Positions 35,280 through 42,969 of a DNA stretch of 64,000 bases are shown here, piece after piece. How positions within the stretch are numbered: position 1 is the first letter of the stretch; every line of letters starts with the position of its first letter. Location of the stretch: the NCBI GenBank assembly GCA_035693225.1, contig DASSGV010000009.1, forward strand, positions 16,527 through 80,526, given 5' to 3'. The stretch is from Gemmatimonadales bacterium. GTDB lineage: Bacteria; Gemmatimonadota; Gemmatimonadetes; Gemmatimonadales; GWC2-71-9. The position numbers were made by a program, and so were the translations under genes. The notes beneath the pieces are model-generated. The model made no database searches and was not told the origin of the DNA. It worked only from the letters and a program-made list of their open reading frames with translations.

Positions 35280-36434
35280 ATGACCGATGAACGGGCCACG
35301 GCCGGACCTCCGACCCTCCCGCCCTCCGACCCTCCGCCGGCCCAACACACCGTGCTCATTGCCGGCGGCGGCACCGGCGGGCACCTCATCCCGGCGCTCG
35401 CCATCGCGACGGCGCTCCGAAACGCGGGGGCCGGCATCCTGCCGGTGCTGGTCGGCGCCGAACGGGGGGTGGAGTCGTGGCTCCTGCCCCAGCGTGACTA
35501 CCCCTACCATCTCCTCCCGATCCGCCCGCTCTTCCGCCAGCGCATCTGGCGCAACGCGGGGCTGCCGTGGAGCGTGCTCCGCACCATCGTGCAGCTTCGC
35601 GCGGTGTTCGCCGCCCGGCGCCCCGCGCTCGTGATCGGTACTGGTGGTTATGCATCGGGCCCGGCGGTGTGGTGGGCGGCCCGACGCGGCATCCCGGTCG
35701 CGATCCAGGAGCAGAATGCATGGCCCGGCCTCGCCACGCGTATGCTCGCCGGCCGGGTGGATCACATCTACCTCGGCGCCCCCGAAGCGCGGGCCCGGCT
35801 CCGACCGGGACCGCGCACCCAGGTCTTCGACACCGGCAATCCGATCACGCCACCCGACCGGACGCGGCGGGCCGCCGCCCTGCGGCGCTTCGGCCTCGAC
35901 GGATCGGAGTCGGTGGTCTTGGTGACCGGGGCGAGCCAGGGTGCCGTCCCGATCAACCGCGCCGTGGCCGGCTGGATCGACATGGGTCGGAACGAAGGCC
36001 TGGTGGTCCTCTGGGCCACCGGTCGGGGGAGCTACGAGGAGTTCCGGTCGTACCACCGCCCGCCGGCGGTGCAGGTCTTCGATTTCCTCGATCCCATCGC
36101 CGACGCCTATGCGGTGGCGGCGCTCGCGGTGGCGCGCGGCGGGATGATGACCGGCGCCGAGCTGTGCGCGTGGGGGATCCCGTCGATCATCATCCCGCTG
36201 CCGAGTGCCGCGGATGATCACCAGACCGCGAACGCCATCGCGCTGGAGGTCGCCGGGGCCGCCCGGCACCTGCCGCAGCACGAGCTGAGCGCGACCACGC
36301 TCGGCCGGACCATCCGGGAACTGATGGTGGACGGATTGCGCCGTGAAGAGATGTCCGAACGCGCCCTGGCACGGGGCCGACCCGACGCGGCGGCCGACAT
36401 CGTGTCGCATTGTTTGACGCTCCTGAAGGCCTGA
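35280..36434 (+). CDS. murG: Lipid II synthase MurG (UDP-GlcNAc transferase)
   Basis: 384 aa. GGGTGGHLIPALA, GTGGYASGP, ARGGMMTGAELCAWGIPSIIIP...DDHQTANA. Confidence 0.94.
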   Translation: MTDERATAGPPTLPPSDPPPAQHTVLIAGGGTGGHLIPALAIATALRNAGAGILPVLVGAERGVESWLLPQRDYPYHLLPIRPLFRQRIWRNAGLPWSVLRTIVQLRAVFAARRPALVIGTGGYASGPAVWWAARRGIPVAIQEQNAWPGLATRMLAGRVDHIYLGAPEARARLRPGPRTQVFDTGNPITPPDRTRRAAALRRFGLDGSESVVLVTGASQGAVPINRAVAGWIDMGRNEGLVVLWATGRGSYEEFRSYHRPPAVQVFDFLDPIADAYAVAALAVARGGMMTGAELCAWGIPSIIIPLPSAADDHQTANAIALEVAGAARHLPQHELSATTLGRTIRELMVDGLRREEMSERALARGRPDAAADIVSHCLTLLKA

Positions 36435-36481
36435 CGCTCTTTCGCAACTGCTGACAGGAGCTTAAATTAGCTGTCCAACCA

Positions 36482-37852
36482 ATGGATCTGTTCTCCCCCG
36501 AAGACCCCCGCCCGGTGCATTTCATGGGCATCGGCGGCGCCGGCATGAGCGCGCTGGCCCTCATTGCCCGGCGCCGCGGGGTGACGGTGAGCGGATGTGA
36601 CACCGATCCGGGTGGCGCTGCCGATGTTGCGGCCCTGGGCGCGACCGTGGTGGCGGGACACGATCCCGCGCACGTCGCCGGTGCCCGCGCAGTGGTGGTG
36701 ACCGCGGCGATCCCGAACGGACATCCTGAACTGGAACGGGCTCGGATCCTCGGCATCCCGGTGGTACCCCGCAAACAGGCGCTCGCGGAGCTGGTCGGCG
36801 TCGGCCGGGTGGTGGGGGTGAGCGGGACCCACGGGAAGACCACGACGACGGTGATGACCACCGAGGCGCTTACGGCGGCCGGACTCGGCCCCACCGGCTT
36901 GGCGGGCGGGAGGGTGAGCGCCTGGGGCGGCAACGCCAAGCTCGCGAGTGACGCCCTCTTCGTGGTCGAGGCCGATGAGTATGACCAGGCCTTCCTGGCG
37001 CTCCATCCCGAGATCGCGGTGGTGAACAACGTCGAGGCCGATCACCTCGAGTGCTACGGGACCGTGGCGGCGCTGGAGCAGGCGTTCATCGAGTTCGCGG
37101 GACGGTCGGCGCGGGCCATCGTCGGCACCGACGATCCCGGCGCGGCGAGGGTCGCCGCCCGGCTCGATGTCCCGGTCTGGCGGTTCGGCCAGGGCGATGC
37201 CGACCTCCGCATCGTGACCGTGGACGGGGGGCCGCAGGGATCACTGGCCCGGATCCGGATGCCCGACGGCGCGGACCTCACCCTCCGACTCCGCGTGCCG
37301 GGCCTCCATAACGTGAAGAACGCCATCGCCGCGCTCGGTGTGGTCGCAGCGCTCGGCGGACCGATCGGTCCCGCGCTCGAGGCGCTGGCGGCGTTCGACG
37401 GGGTGGGGCGGCGGTTCGAGCGCCTGGGCGAGGCACGCGGAGTGACCTTCGTCGACGATTACGCGCATCACCCCTCGGAACTGGCGGCGACCTTGCAAGC
37501 GGCGCGGCAGGCATTCCCGGGACGGCGTCTGGTGGCGGTGTTCCAGCCGCATCTCTATTCCCGCACCGACCGCCACGGTGAAGCGATGGGCCGGGAACTG
37601 GCCGCCGCGGACCTCGCGATCGTGACCGAGGTGTATGCCGCCCGCGAGGCGCCGATTCCGGGAGTGAGCGGCCGGCGGGTGGCACAGGCGGTGACCGCGA
37701 CCGGCGGCCGGGCCCTCTTCGAGCCCGCTCTCGCCGGGGTGGTGGACCAGCTGAATGCGATCGCGACGTCCGGTGACGTGGTCCTGACGCTCGGGGCCGG
37801 GGATGTGACCCGGGTCGGGCGCGAGTTGCTGGCGGCATGGCGCGCTTCCTGA
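36482..37852 (+). CDS. murC: UDP-MurNAc:L-alanine ligase MurC
   Basis: 456 aa. HFMGIGGAGMSALA, VSGTHGKTTTT, EADEYD, DDYAHHPSE. Confidence 0.95.
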   Translation: MDLFSPEDPRPVHFMGIGGAGMSALALIARRRGVTVSGCDTDPGGAADVAALGATVVAGHDPAHVAGARAVVVTAAIPNGHPELERARILGIPVVPRKQALAELVGVGRVVGVSGTHGKTTTTVMTTEALTAAGLGPTGLAGGRVSAWGGNAKLASDALFVVEADEYDQAFLALHPEIAVVNNVEADHLECYGTVAALEQAFIEFAGRSARAIVGTDDPGAARVAARLDVPVWRFGQGDADLRIVTVDGGPQGSLARIRMPDGADLTLRLRVPGLHNVKNAIAALGVVAALGGPIGPALEALAAFDGVGRRFERLGEARGVTFVDDYAHHPSELAATLQAARQAFPGRRLVAVFQPHLYSRTDRHGEAMGRELAAADLAIVTEVYAAREAPIPGVSGRRVAQAVTATGGRALFEPALAGVVDQLNAIATSGDVVLTLGAGDVTRVGRELLAAWRAS

Positions 37853-38523
37853 AGCCGGGTTGGCTCGCCCTGTACGCGGTGATCGGGGTGGGGGCGGTCT
37901 GGTACGGTGCCCCGCGGTTCTTCCGGCGGATGGACTTCTTCCGGGTGCGGCAGGTGGAACTGGTCGGATTGAGCTCCTTGTCGGCGCCTGATGTGCTCCG
38001 TGCGCTGGCCATCCCGCCGGGCGAGAACGTGTTCGACGACCTGCGGCCCATCACGGCGCGGGCGGCGCGGATCGGGGGAGTGGCCCACGCGGAGGTGTCC
38101 CGCCGGATCCCGGGCACCATCCGGGTGACGCTCGTCGAGGTCGAACCGGTGGCACTGGTGCCCGGTCGCGGTGCGATGGTCCCGATGGACGCGGAGGGGC
38201 GGACACTGCCGTTCGACCCGACGGTCGCCGCTCCCGACCTGCCGGTGACGCCGCGGGCCGATTCCCTGGTGGGGGAGCTCCTCGGGCGGGTGCGCGAGGC
38301 CGACCCGGGGCTCTTCGAGCAGGTGGTCACCGCCGTACGGAGCGGTTCCGACGTGACGCTGGACCTCGGCGGGCACACCTATCGGTTCCGTCCGGACGCC
38401 ACGGTGGAGACCATCCGGGCGATGACGGCGGTGGCGCAGGATCTCGCGCGGCGGGGCCGCGCATTCTGGGAACTCGACGGCCGCTTTGCCGGCCAGGTCG
38501 TGGTCAGATGGGGGACCGCTTGA
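37837..38523 (+). CDS. ftsQ: Cell division protein FtsQ (POTRA)
   Basis: 228 aa. N-terminal TM (WLALYAVIGVGAVWY), POTRA-like FFRVRQVELVG, position between murC and ftsA. Overlaps murC by 16 nt. Confidence 0.8.
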   Translation: MARFLKPGWLALYAVIGVGAVWYGAPRFFRRMDFFRVRQVELVGLSSLSAPDVLRALAIPPGENVFDDLRPITARAARIGGVAHAEVSRRIPGTIRVTLVEVEPVALVPGRGAMVPMDAEGRTLPFDPTVAAPDLPVTPRADSLVGELLGRVREADPGLFEQVVTAVRSGSDVTLDLGGHTYRFRPDATVETIRAMTAVAQDLARRGRAFWELDGRFAGQVVVRWGTA

Positions 38524-39776
38524 GCACTGCACCGCAGCGGCTTGTCGCCGCGCTCGACCTCGGCTCCACCAAGGTGACCGCCATCGTCGCGGAGATGACC
38601 GGCGACGCCCGGAACCCGGGTGCCAAGATCCTGGGCGTGGGCGTCGAGCGGAGCGCCGGCGTGCGCCGGGGCGTGGTGCGAGACATCGAGGAGACCACCC
38701 GCGCCATCACCAAGGCCATGCGCGATGCGCAGCGGATGGCCGGGGTGGAGGTCGGGTCGGTGTATTGCGGCGTGGCGGGCGAGCACGTCGCGGGCCGGAC
38801 CACCAAGGGGCTGGTGTCGGTCACCGGGGCGGAGATCCGCACCGGCGACGTCGCCCGCGTCAACGACGTGGCGAGCAACGTCTCCTTCGGGCGCGACCAC
38901 GAACTGCTGCACGCCATCCCCCAGGAATACCTGATCGACGAGCAGCCCGGGATCAACGACCCGATCGGGATGACCGGCTCCCGCCTCGAGGCCGAGGTGT
39001 ACCTGGTGACCGTGATGGCGAGCGCCCCGCAGAATCTTCGGAAGTGCGTGGAGCGCGCCGGGTTCCGGGTCGAGGAGTTCGTGCTGGAACCGCTGGCGGC
39101 CTCGCTCGCGGTACTGACGCCCGATGAGCTCGAGCTGGGGTGCGCCCTGGTGGAACTCGGCGGGGGCAGCACCAACGTGGCCATCTTCCAGAACGGGAAG
39201 ATCCGCCACACCGCCTCGCTGTTGTGCGCGGGCGGGCACGTCACCAGCGACATCGTCCACGGCCTGCAGGTGACCCAGGTCGACGCGGAGCGGCTGAAGG
39301 AACGGTTCGGGGCGGCCTACGAGCCGCTGGTGCCGGAGAGCGACGTGATCGAGCTCCCCAGCACCCCGGGACAGGGGCCCCGGAGCGCGGCGCGGCGGGT
39401 GCTCTCCCACATCATGCACATGCGGATGCAGGAGGTCCTGGAGTACGCCTGGGACGAGATCACCCGGGCGGGCTACCAGCAACGCCTCCCTGCGGGCATC
39501 ATTCTGACCGGCGGCGCCGCCCAGGCCCCGGGCATCATCGAGCTGGCGCGCGAAGTGTGCGCGGTGCCGGTGCGGGTGGGAGTGCCGGGCCAGGGGCTCA
39601 CCGGGCTGGCGGACAGTGTCGAGTCACCCCGGATGGCGGTCCCCGCAGGACTGGTGCTGTACGGCGCGCGCCAGATGGCGCTGGGGAATGTGTTCGGGAT
39701 GGGCGGGCGCCGGGGCAATGCATCGGTGGAAAAGATCTTTGCCCCCGTCAAGAAATGGCTGCAGGACTTCTTCTGA
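38508..39776 (+). CDS. ftsA: Cell division protein FtsA (actin-like ATPase)
   Basis: 422 aa. ALDLGSTKV, VELGGGSTNVAIF, ILTGGAAQAPGI. C-terminal amphipathic tail KKWLQDFF. Confidence 0.95.
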   Translation: MGDRLSTAPQRLVAALDLGSTKVTAIVAEMTGDARNPGAKILGVGVERSAGVRRGVVRDIEETTRAITKAMRDAQRMAGVEVGSVYCGVAGEHVAGRTTKGLVSVTGAEIRTGDVARVNDVASNVSFGRDHELLHAIPQEYLIDEQPGINDPIGMTGSRLEAEVYLVTVMASAPQNLRKCVERAGFRVEEFVLEPLAASLAVLTPDELELGCALVELGGGSTNVAIFQNGKIRHTASLLCAGGHVTSDIVHGLQVTQVDAERLKERFGAAYEPLVPESDVIELPSTPGQGPRSAARRVLSHIMHMRMQEVLEYAWDEITRAGYQQRLPAGIILTGGAAQAPGIIELAREVCAVPVRVGVPGQGLTGLADSVESPRMAVPAGLVLYGARQMALGNVFGMGGRRGNASVEKIFAPVKKWLQDFF

Positions 39777-39798
39777 GACCACCCGGAGGGGAACGTCC

Positions 39799-40983
39799 AT
39801 GAAATTCGAGCTCGAGGAGCCGCTCGCGCAGAGCGCGAACATGAAGGTCCTCGGCGTCGGCGGCGGCGGCGGCAACGCCGTCAACCGCATGATCGAAGAA
39901 GGCCTGCGCGGCGTGCAGTTCGTGTCGGTGAACACCGACGCCCAGGCGCTCGCCGCCGCCCGCTCCGACCTCAAGGTCCAGATCGGGAAGAAGCTGACCC
40001 GCGGGCTCGGGGCCGGCGCCCGGCCCGAGATCGGCCGGCAGGCCATCGAGGAGAGCCGCGACGAGGTCCTCCAGATGTTGCAGGGGGCCGACATGGTCTT
40101 CGTCACCTGCGGGATGGGGGGCGGCACCGGCACCGGGGCCGCGCCGATCATCGCGCAGCTCGCGCGGGACATCGGCGCCCTGACCGTCGGGATCGTGACC
40201 AAGCCGTTCCTCTTTGAGGGGCGCAAGCGCATCCGCCAGGCCGACATGGGGATCGCCGAGCTGCGCAAGAACGTCGATACCATGATCGTGGTGCCGAACG
40301 AGAAGCTCCTGGCCGTGGTCGGCAAGCAGATCCCCTTCCAGCAGGCGCTCAAGAAGGCGGACGAGGTCCTGCTGCACGCCACCCAGGGGATCTCCTCGCT
40401 CATCACCAGCACCGGGCTCATCAACGTGGACTTTGCCGACGTGCGGACCGTGATGCAGAACGGCGGCGCGGCGCTGATGGGGACCGGCATCGGCCGCGGG
40501 GAACATCGGGCGATGGAGGCCGCGCAGCAGGCGATCTCGAGTCCGCTGCTCGACGACATCTCGATCCAGGGCGCCACCGGCGTGTTGCTCAACATCACCG
40601 GCGGCGGCGACCTGACCCTCGAGGACGTCAACCGCATCGCGGACATCATCCACGATGCGGCCGGCGACGAGGCCGAGATCATCTTCGGCCACACTCCGGA
40701 TGACGCGATGCAGGGCGAGGTCCGTGTCACCGTCATCGCGACGGGCTTCGACCGCCAGGTCACCGGCGAGCCGGGCCTGCGCACGTCGACGGGCGGGGCC
40801 GGTGTCCTGAACTTCCCGGCCAAGCGTCCGTCGGCGTCGGTCCCGCCGCCGCTGGCGCCCAAGCCGCGTCCCTCGGTGGCACCGGTCGCCGATGATGCCG
40901 GGACCAAGCGCGCGGAACCCCGCCATCCCGCCGCCGGCGACGACATGGACATCCCGACATTCATCCGGCGCCAGATGGATTGA
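39799..40983 (+). CDS. ftsZ: Cell division GTPase FtsZ
   Basis: ATG 39799 (GGAGGG RBS 9 nt upstream) within frame 39616-40983. GVGGGGGNAVNRM, tubulin signature GGGTGTGAAP, NVDFADV. C-terminal DIPTFIRRQ peptide. Confidence 0.97.
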   Translation: MKFELEEPLAQSANMKVLGVGGGGGNAVNRMIEEGLRGVQFVSVNTDAQALAAARSDLKVQIGKKLTRGLGAGARPEIGRQAIEESRDEVLQMLQGADMVFVTCGMGGGTGTGAAPIIAQLARDIGALTVGIVTKPFLFEGRKRIRQADMGIAELRKNVDTMIVVPNEKLLAVVGKQIPFQQALKKADEVLLHATQGISSLITSTGLINVDFADVRTVMQNGGAALMGTGIGRGEHRAMEAAQQAISSPLLDDISIQGATGVLLNITGGGDLTLEDVNRIADIIHDAAGDEAEIIFGHTPDDAMQGEVRVTVIATGFDRQVTGEPGLRTSTGGAGVLNFPAKRPSASVPPPLAPKPRPSVAPVADDAGTKRAEPRHPAAGDDMDIPTFIRRQMD

Positions 40984-42233
40984 TGCGCCGGGCCCTGCGC
41001 GTCCTTCCGGGCGTGGTCTTGCTGGCCGCGTTGGCGGCGGCGCTCGTCGGTCGCTGGCCCTGGCCTCGCCTGGTGAGCGCCGCGCCGATCGTGGTGGAAT
41101 CGCCCTGGGTCTCCACCACCGACACCCTGCGCAACGGCGAGACGCTCTCGGGCCTCTTTGCTCGCAACGGCGTGGCCGGGCTGTCGTTTGCGCGGGTGAG
41201 CCGGGAGCTTTCGCTCGACCTGCGCAAGCTCCGCCCCGGCACCGGCTTCACCTTCCGTCGCACTCCTGCCGAATCCCTGCCGTCCCGCGTCCTCTTCCGG
41301 ACCGACCCGTCCCGCGACCTCGCGATCGCGCGGGGCGACAGCGGCTGGTACGGGACCGCGATCCCGATCGATTGGCGCACCGACACGGTCCGGGTCGGCG
41401 GCCGGATCGATAACTCGCTCTATGTCGCACTCGATGCACAGGTGCCGGATTCGGTGCTCGATGCCGGGGAGCGGATCCGGCTGGCGTGGGACCTGGCCGA
41501 CATCTACCAGTGGCAGGTGGACTTCACCCGCGACCTGCGCGTCGGCGACCAGTTCAACGTCGTGCTGGAACGGCTCATCGCCCCCGACGGCGAGGTGCGC
41601 TACGGCCGGGTCCTGGGCGGCGACCTCACGGTCGATCGCGGCCACTTGACGGCGTATCGCTTCGACGCTCCCGACGGCACCACCGGCTTCTTCGACGAGC
41701 AGGGGCGCTCGCTGCGACGCGCCTTCCTCATGGCACCGCTCCAGTTCCGGCGCATCTCCTCGAGCTTCAGCCGGGCCCGCTTCCATCCGATCCTCGGGAT
41801 CTGGCGCCACCACGAAGGCACTGACTACGCCGCCGACTACGGTACGCCGGTCCGCGCGGCCGGCAACGGCACGGTGCTCCGCGCGGGCCGCTACGGCGGT
41901 TACGGCAACCTGATCGAACTGCGCCACGCCAACGGCATCACCACCCGCTACGGGCATCTGTCCCGCTTTGCGAGCGGGATCCGGCCGGGGGTGCGCGTCA
42001 CCCAGGGCGAGACGATCGGATTCGTCGGCGCCACCGGCCTCGCCACCGGTCCGCATCTCCACTACGAATTCCGGGTCAACGGCGTCGCCAAGGATCCCCG
42101 TCGCCTCGACTTGGGCACCGGCGATCCGGTGCCCGCACGCGACCGCGCCGCGTTCGAATCCACGCGGACGGAGCTCGCGGCCCTCCTCGGCGCCAACGCT
42201 CCCGCGGCCATCCTCGCCGCCACGTCGCACTGA
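40980..42233 (+). CDS. M23-family (LytM-type) metallopeptidase
   Basis: 417 aa. N-terminal TM/signal. Catalytic HEGTDYAADYGTPV...GNG...HLHYEFRVNG (HxxxD...HxH). ATGA-type overlap with the ftsZ stop. Confidence 0.88.
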   Translation: MMRRALRVLPGVVLLAALAAALVGRWPWPRLVSAAPIVVESPWVSTTDTLRNGETLSGLFARNGVAGLSFARVSRELSLDLRKLRPGTGFTFRRTPAESLPSRVLFRTDPSRDLAIARGDSGWYGTAIPIDWRTDTVRVGGRIDNSLYVALDAQVPDSVLDAGERIRLAWDLADIYQWQVDFTRDLRVGDQFNVVLERLIAPDGEVRYGRVLGGDLTVDRGHLTAYRFDAPDGTTGFFDEQGRSLRRAFLMAPLQFRRISSSFSRARFHPILGIWRHHEGTDYAADYGTPVRAAGNGTVLRAGRYGGYGNLIELRHANGITTRYGHLSRFASGIRPGVRVTQGETIGFVGATGLATGPHLHYEFRVNGVAKDPRRLDLGTGDPVPARDRAAFESTRTELAALLGANAPAAILAATSH

Positions 42234-42249
42234 GTCGGGCGTCCTCGCA

Positions 42250-42969
42250 GTGGAGCTCCTCCCCGCCATCGAGGTCCGCAGTGGCCGACTGATCCGGTCG
42301 GCCGGTCCTGACACGCCCGCTCGGCCGGGCGTCTGCATCGATCCGGTGGCACGGGCCGAGGAACTGGTGTGGCAGGGCGCGAAGTGGCTGCACCTGGTCG
42401 ATCTCGACCGGATGTTCGCCGACGGCGACAACGACGCACTCATCGGACGCATCGTGACCAGGGTCGGGTCATACGTACGGATCCAGCTGGTGGGCGGTCT
42501 CCGGGGTCGGGAGGGACTGGAGGCGGTCCGGGACCTCGAGGTGACGCGATTCGTGGTGGAGGCGGGGGCGATCGCGGAGCGACGCGTCGAGCTGGCGGTC
42601 GAGGTGCTCGGGATGCTGCGCGTGGCGCTCGGCATCACGGTGCGCAACGGACTGGTGACCCAGCGGGAGTGGGGCGCCATCACCGGACTCCACGCCAGCG
42701 ACGTGTTGCGCCATGCCGTGGGAGCCGGGGTCCGGACCGCGGTCCTCAACGATGCGGCCCGCCACGGCCGGCTGACCGGACTCGACATCGCGGCCGCCCA
42801 GGCCCTGCAGAATGAGGGCGCCGGGATCCTCGCGAGCGGGGGCGTCGCGGGGCTCAAGGACATCGTGGCGGCGCGGGAGGCGGGGCTGGCGGGCGTGCTG
42901 GTCGGGCGAGCGCTCGACGAGGGGCGCTTCACGCTCGCCGACGGGCTGCACGCCGCGTCCGGTGACTGA
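42250..42969 (+). CDS. HisA/HisF-superfamily (beta/alpha)8 barrel protein, divergent orphan
   Basis: GTG 42250 within frame 41968-42969. LLPAIEVRSGRL (HisA has PAIDL), LHLVDLD, phosphate-binding-like VGGLRG, ASGGVAG, GVLVGRAL. No other his genes nearby. Confidence 0.65.
   Translation: MELLPAIEVRSGRLIRSAGPDTPARPGVCIDPVARAEELVWQGAKWLHLVDLDRMFADGDNDALIGRIVTRVGSYVRIQLVGGLRGREGLEAVRDLEVTRFVVEAGAIAERRVELAVEVLGMLRVALGITVRNGLVTQREWGAITGLHASDVLRHAVGAGVRTAVLNDAARHGRLTGLDIAAAQALQNEGAGILASGGVAGLKDIVAAREAGLAGVLVGRALDEGRFTLADGLHAASGD

Noticed and set aside
42250-42969. Annotating the TIM-barrel gene as bona fide hisA
   Set aside because: It is out of his-operon context, and both catalytic Asp positions appear substituted in my manual alignment. 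It is kept as HisA/HisF-superfamily only.
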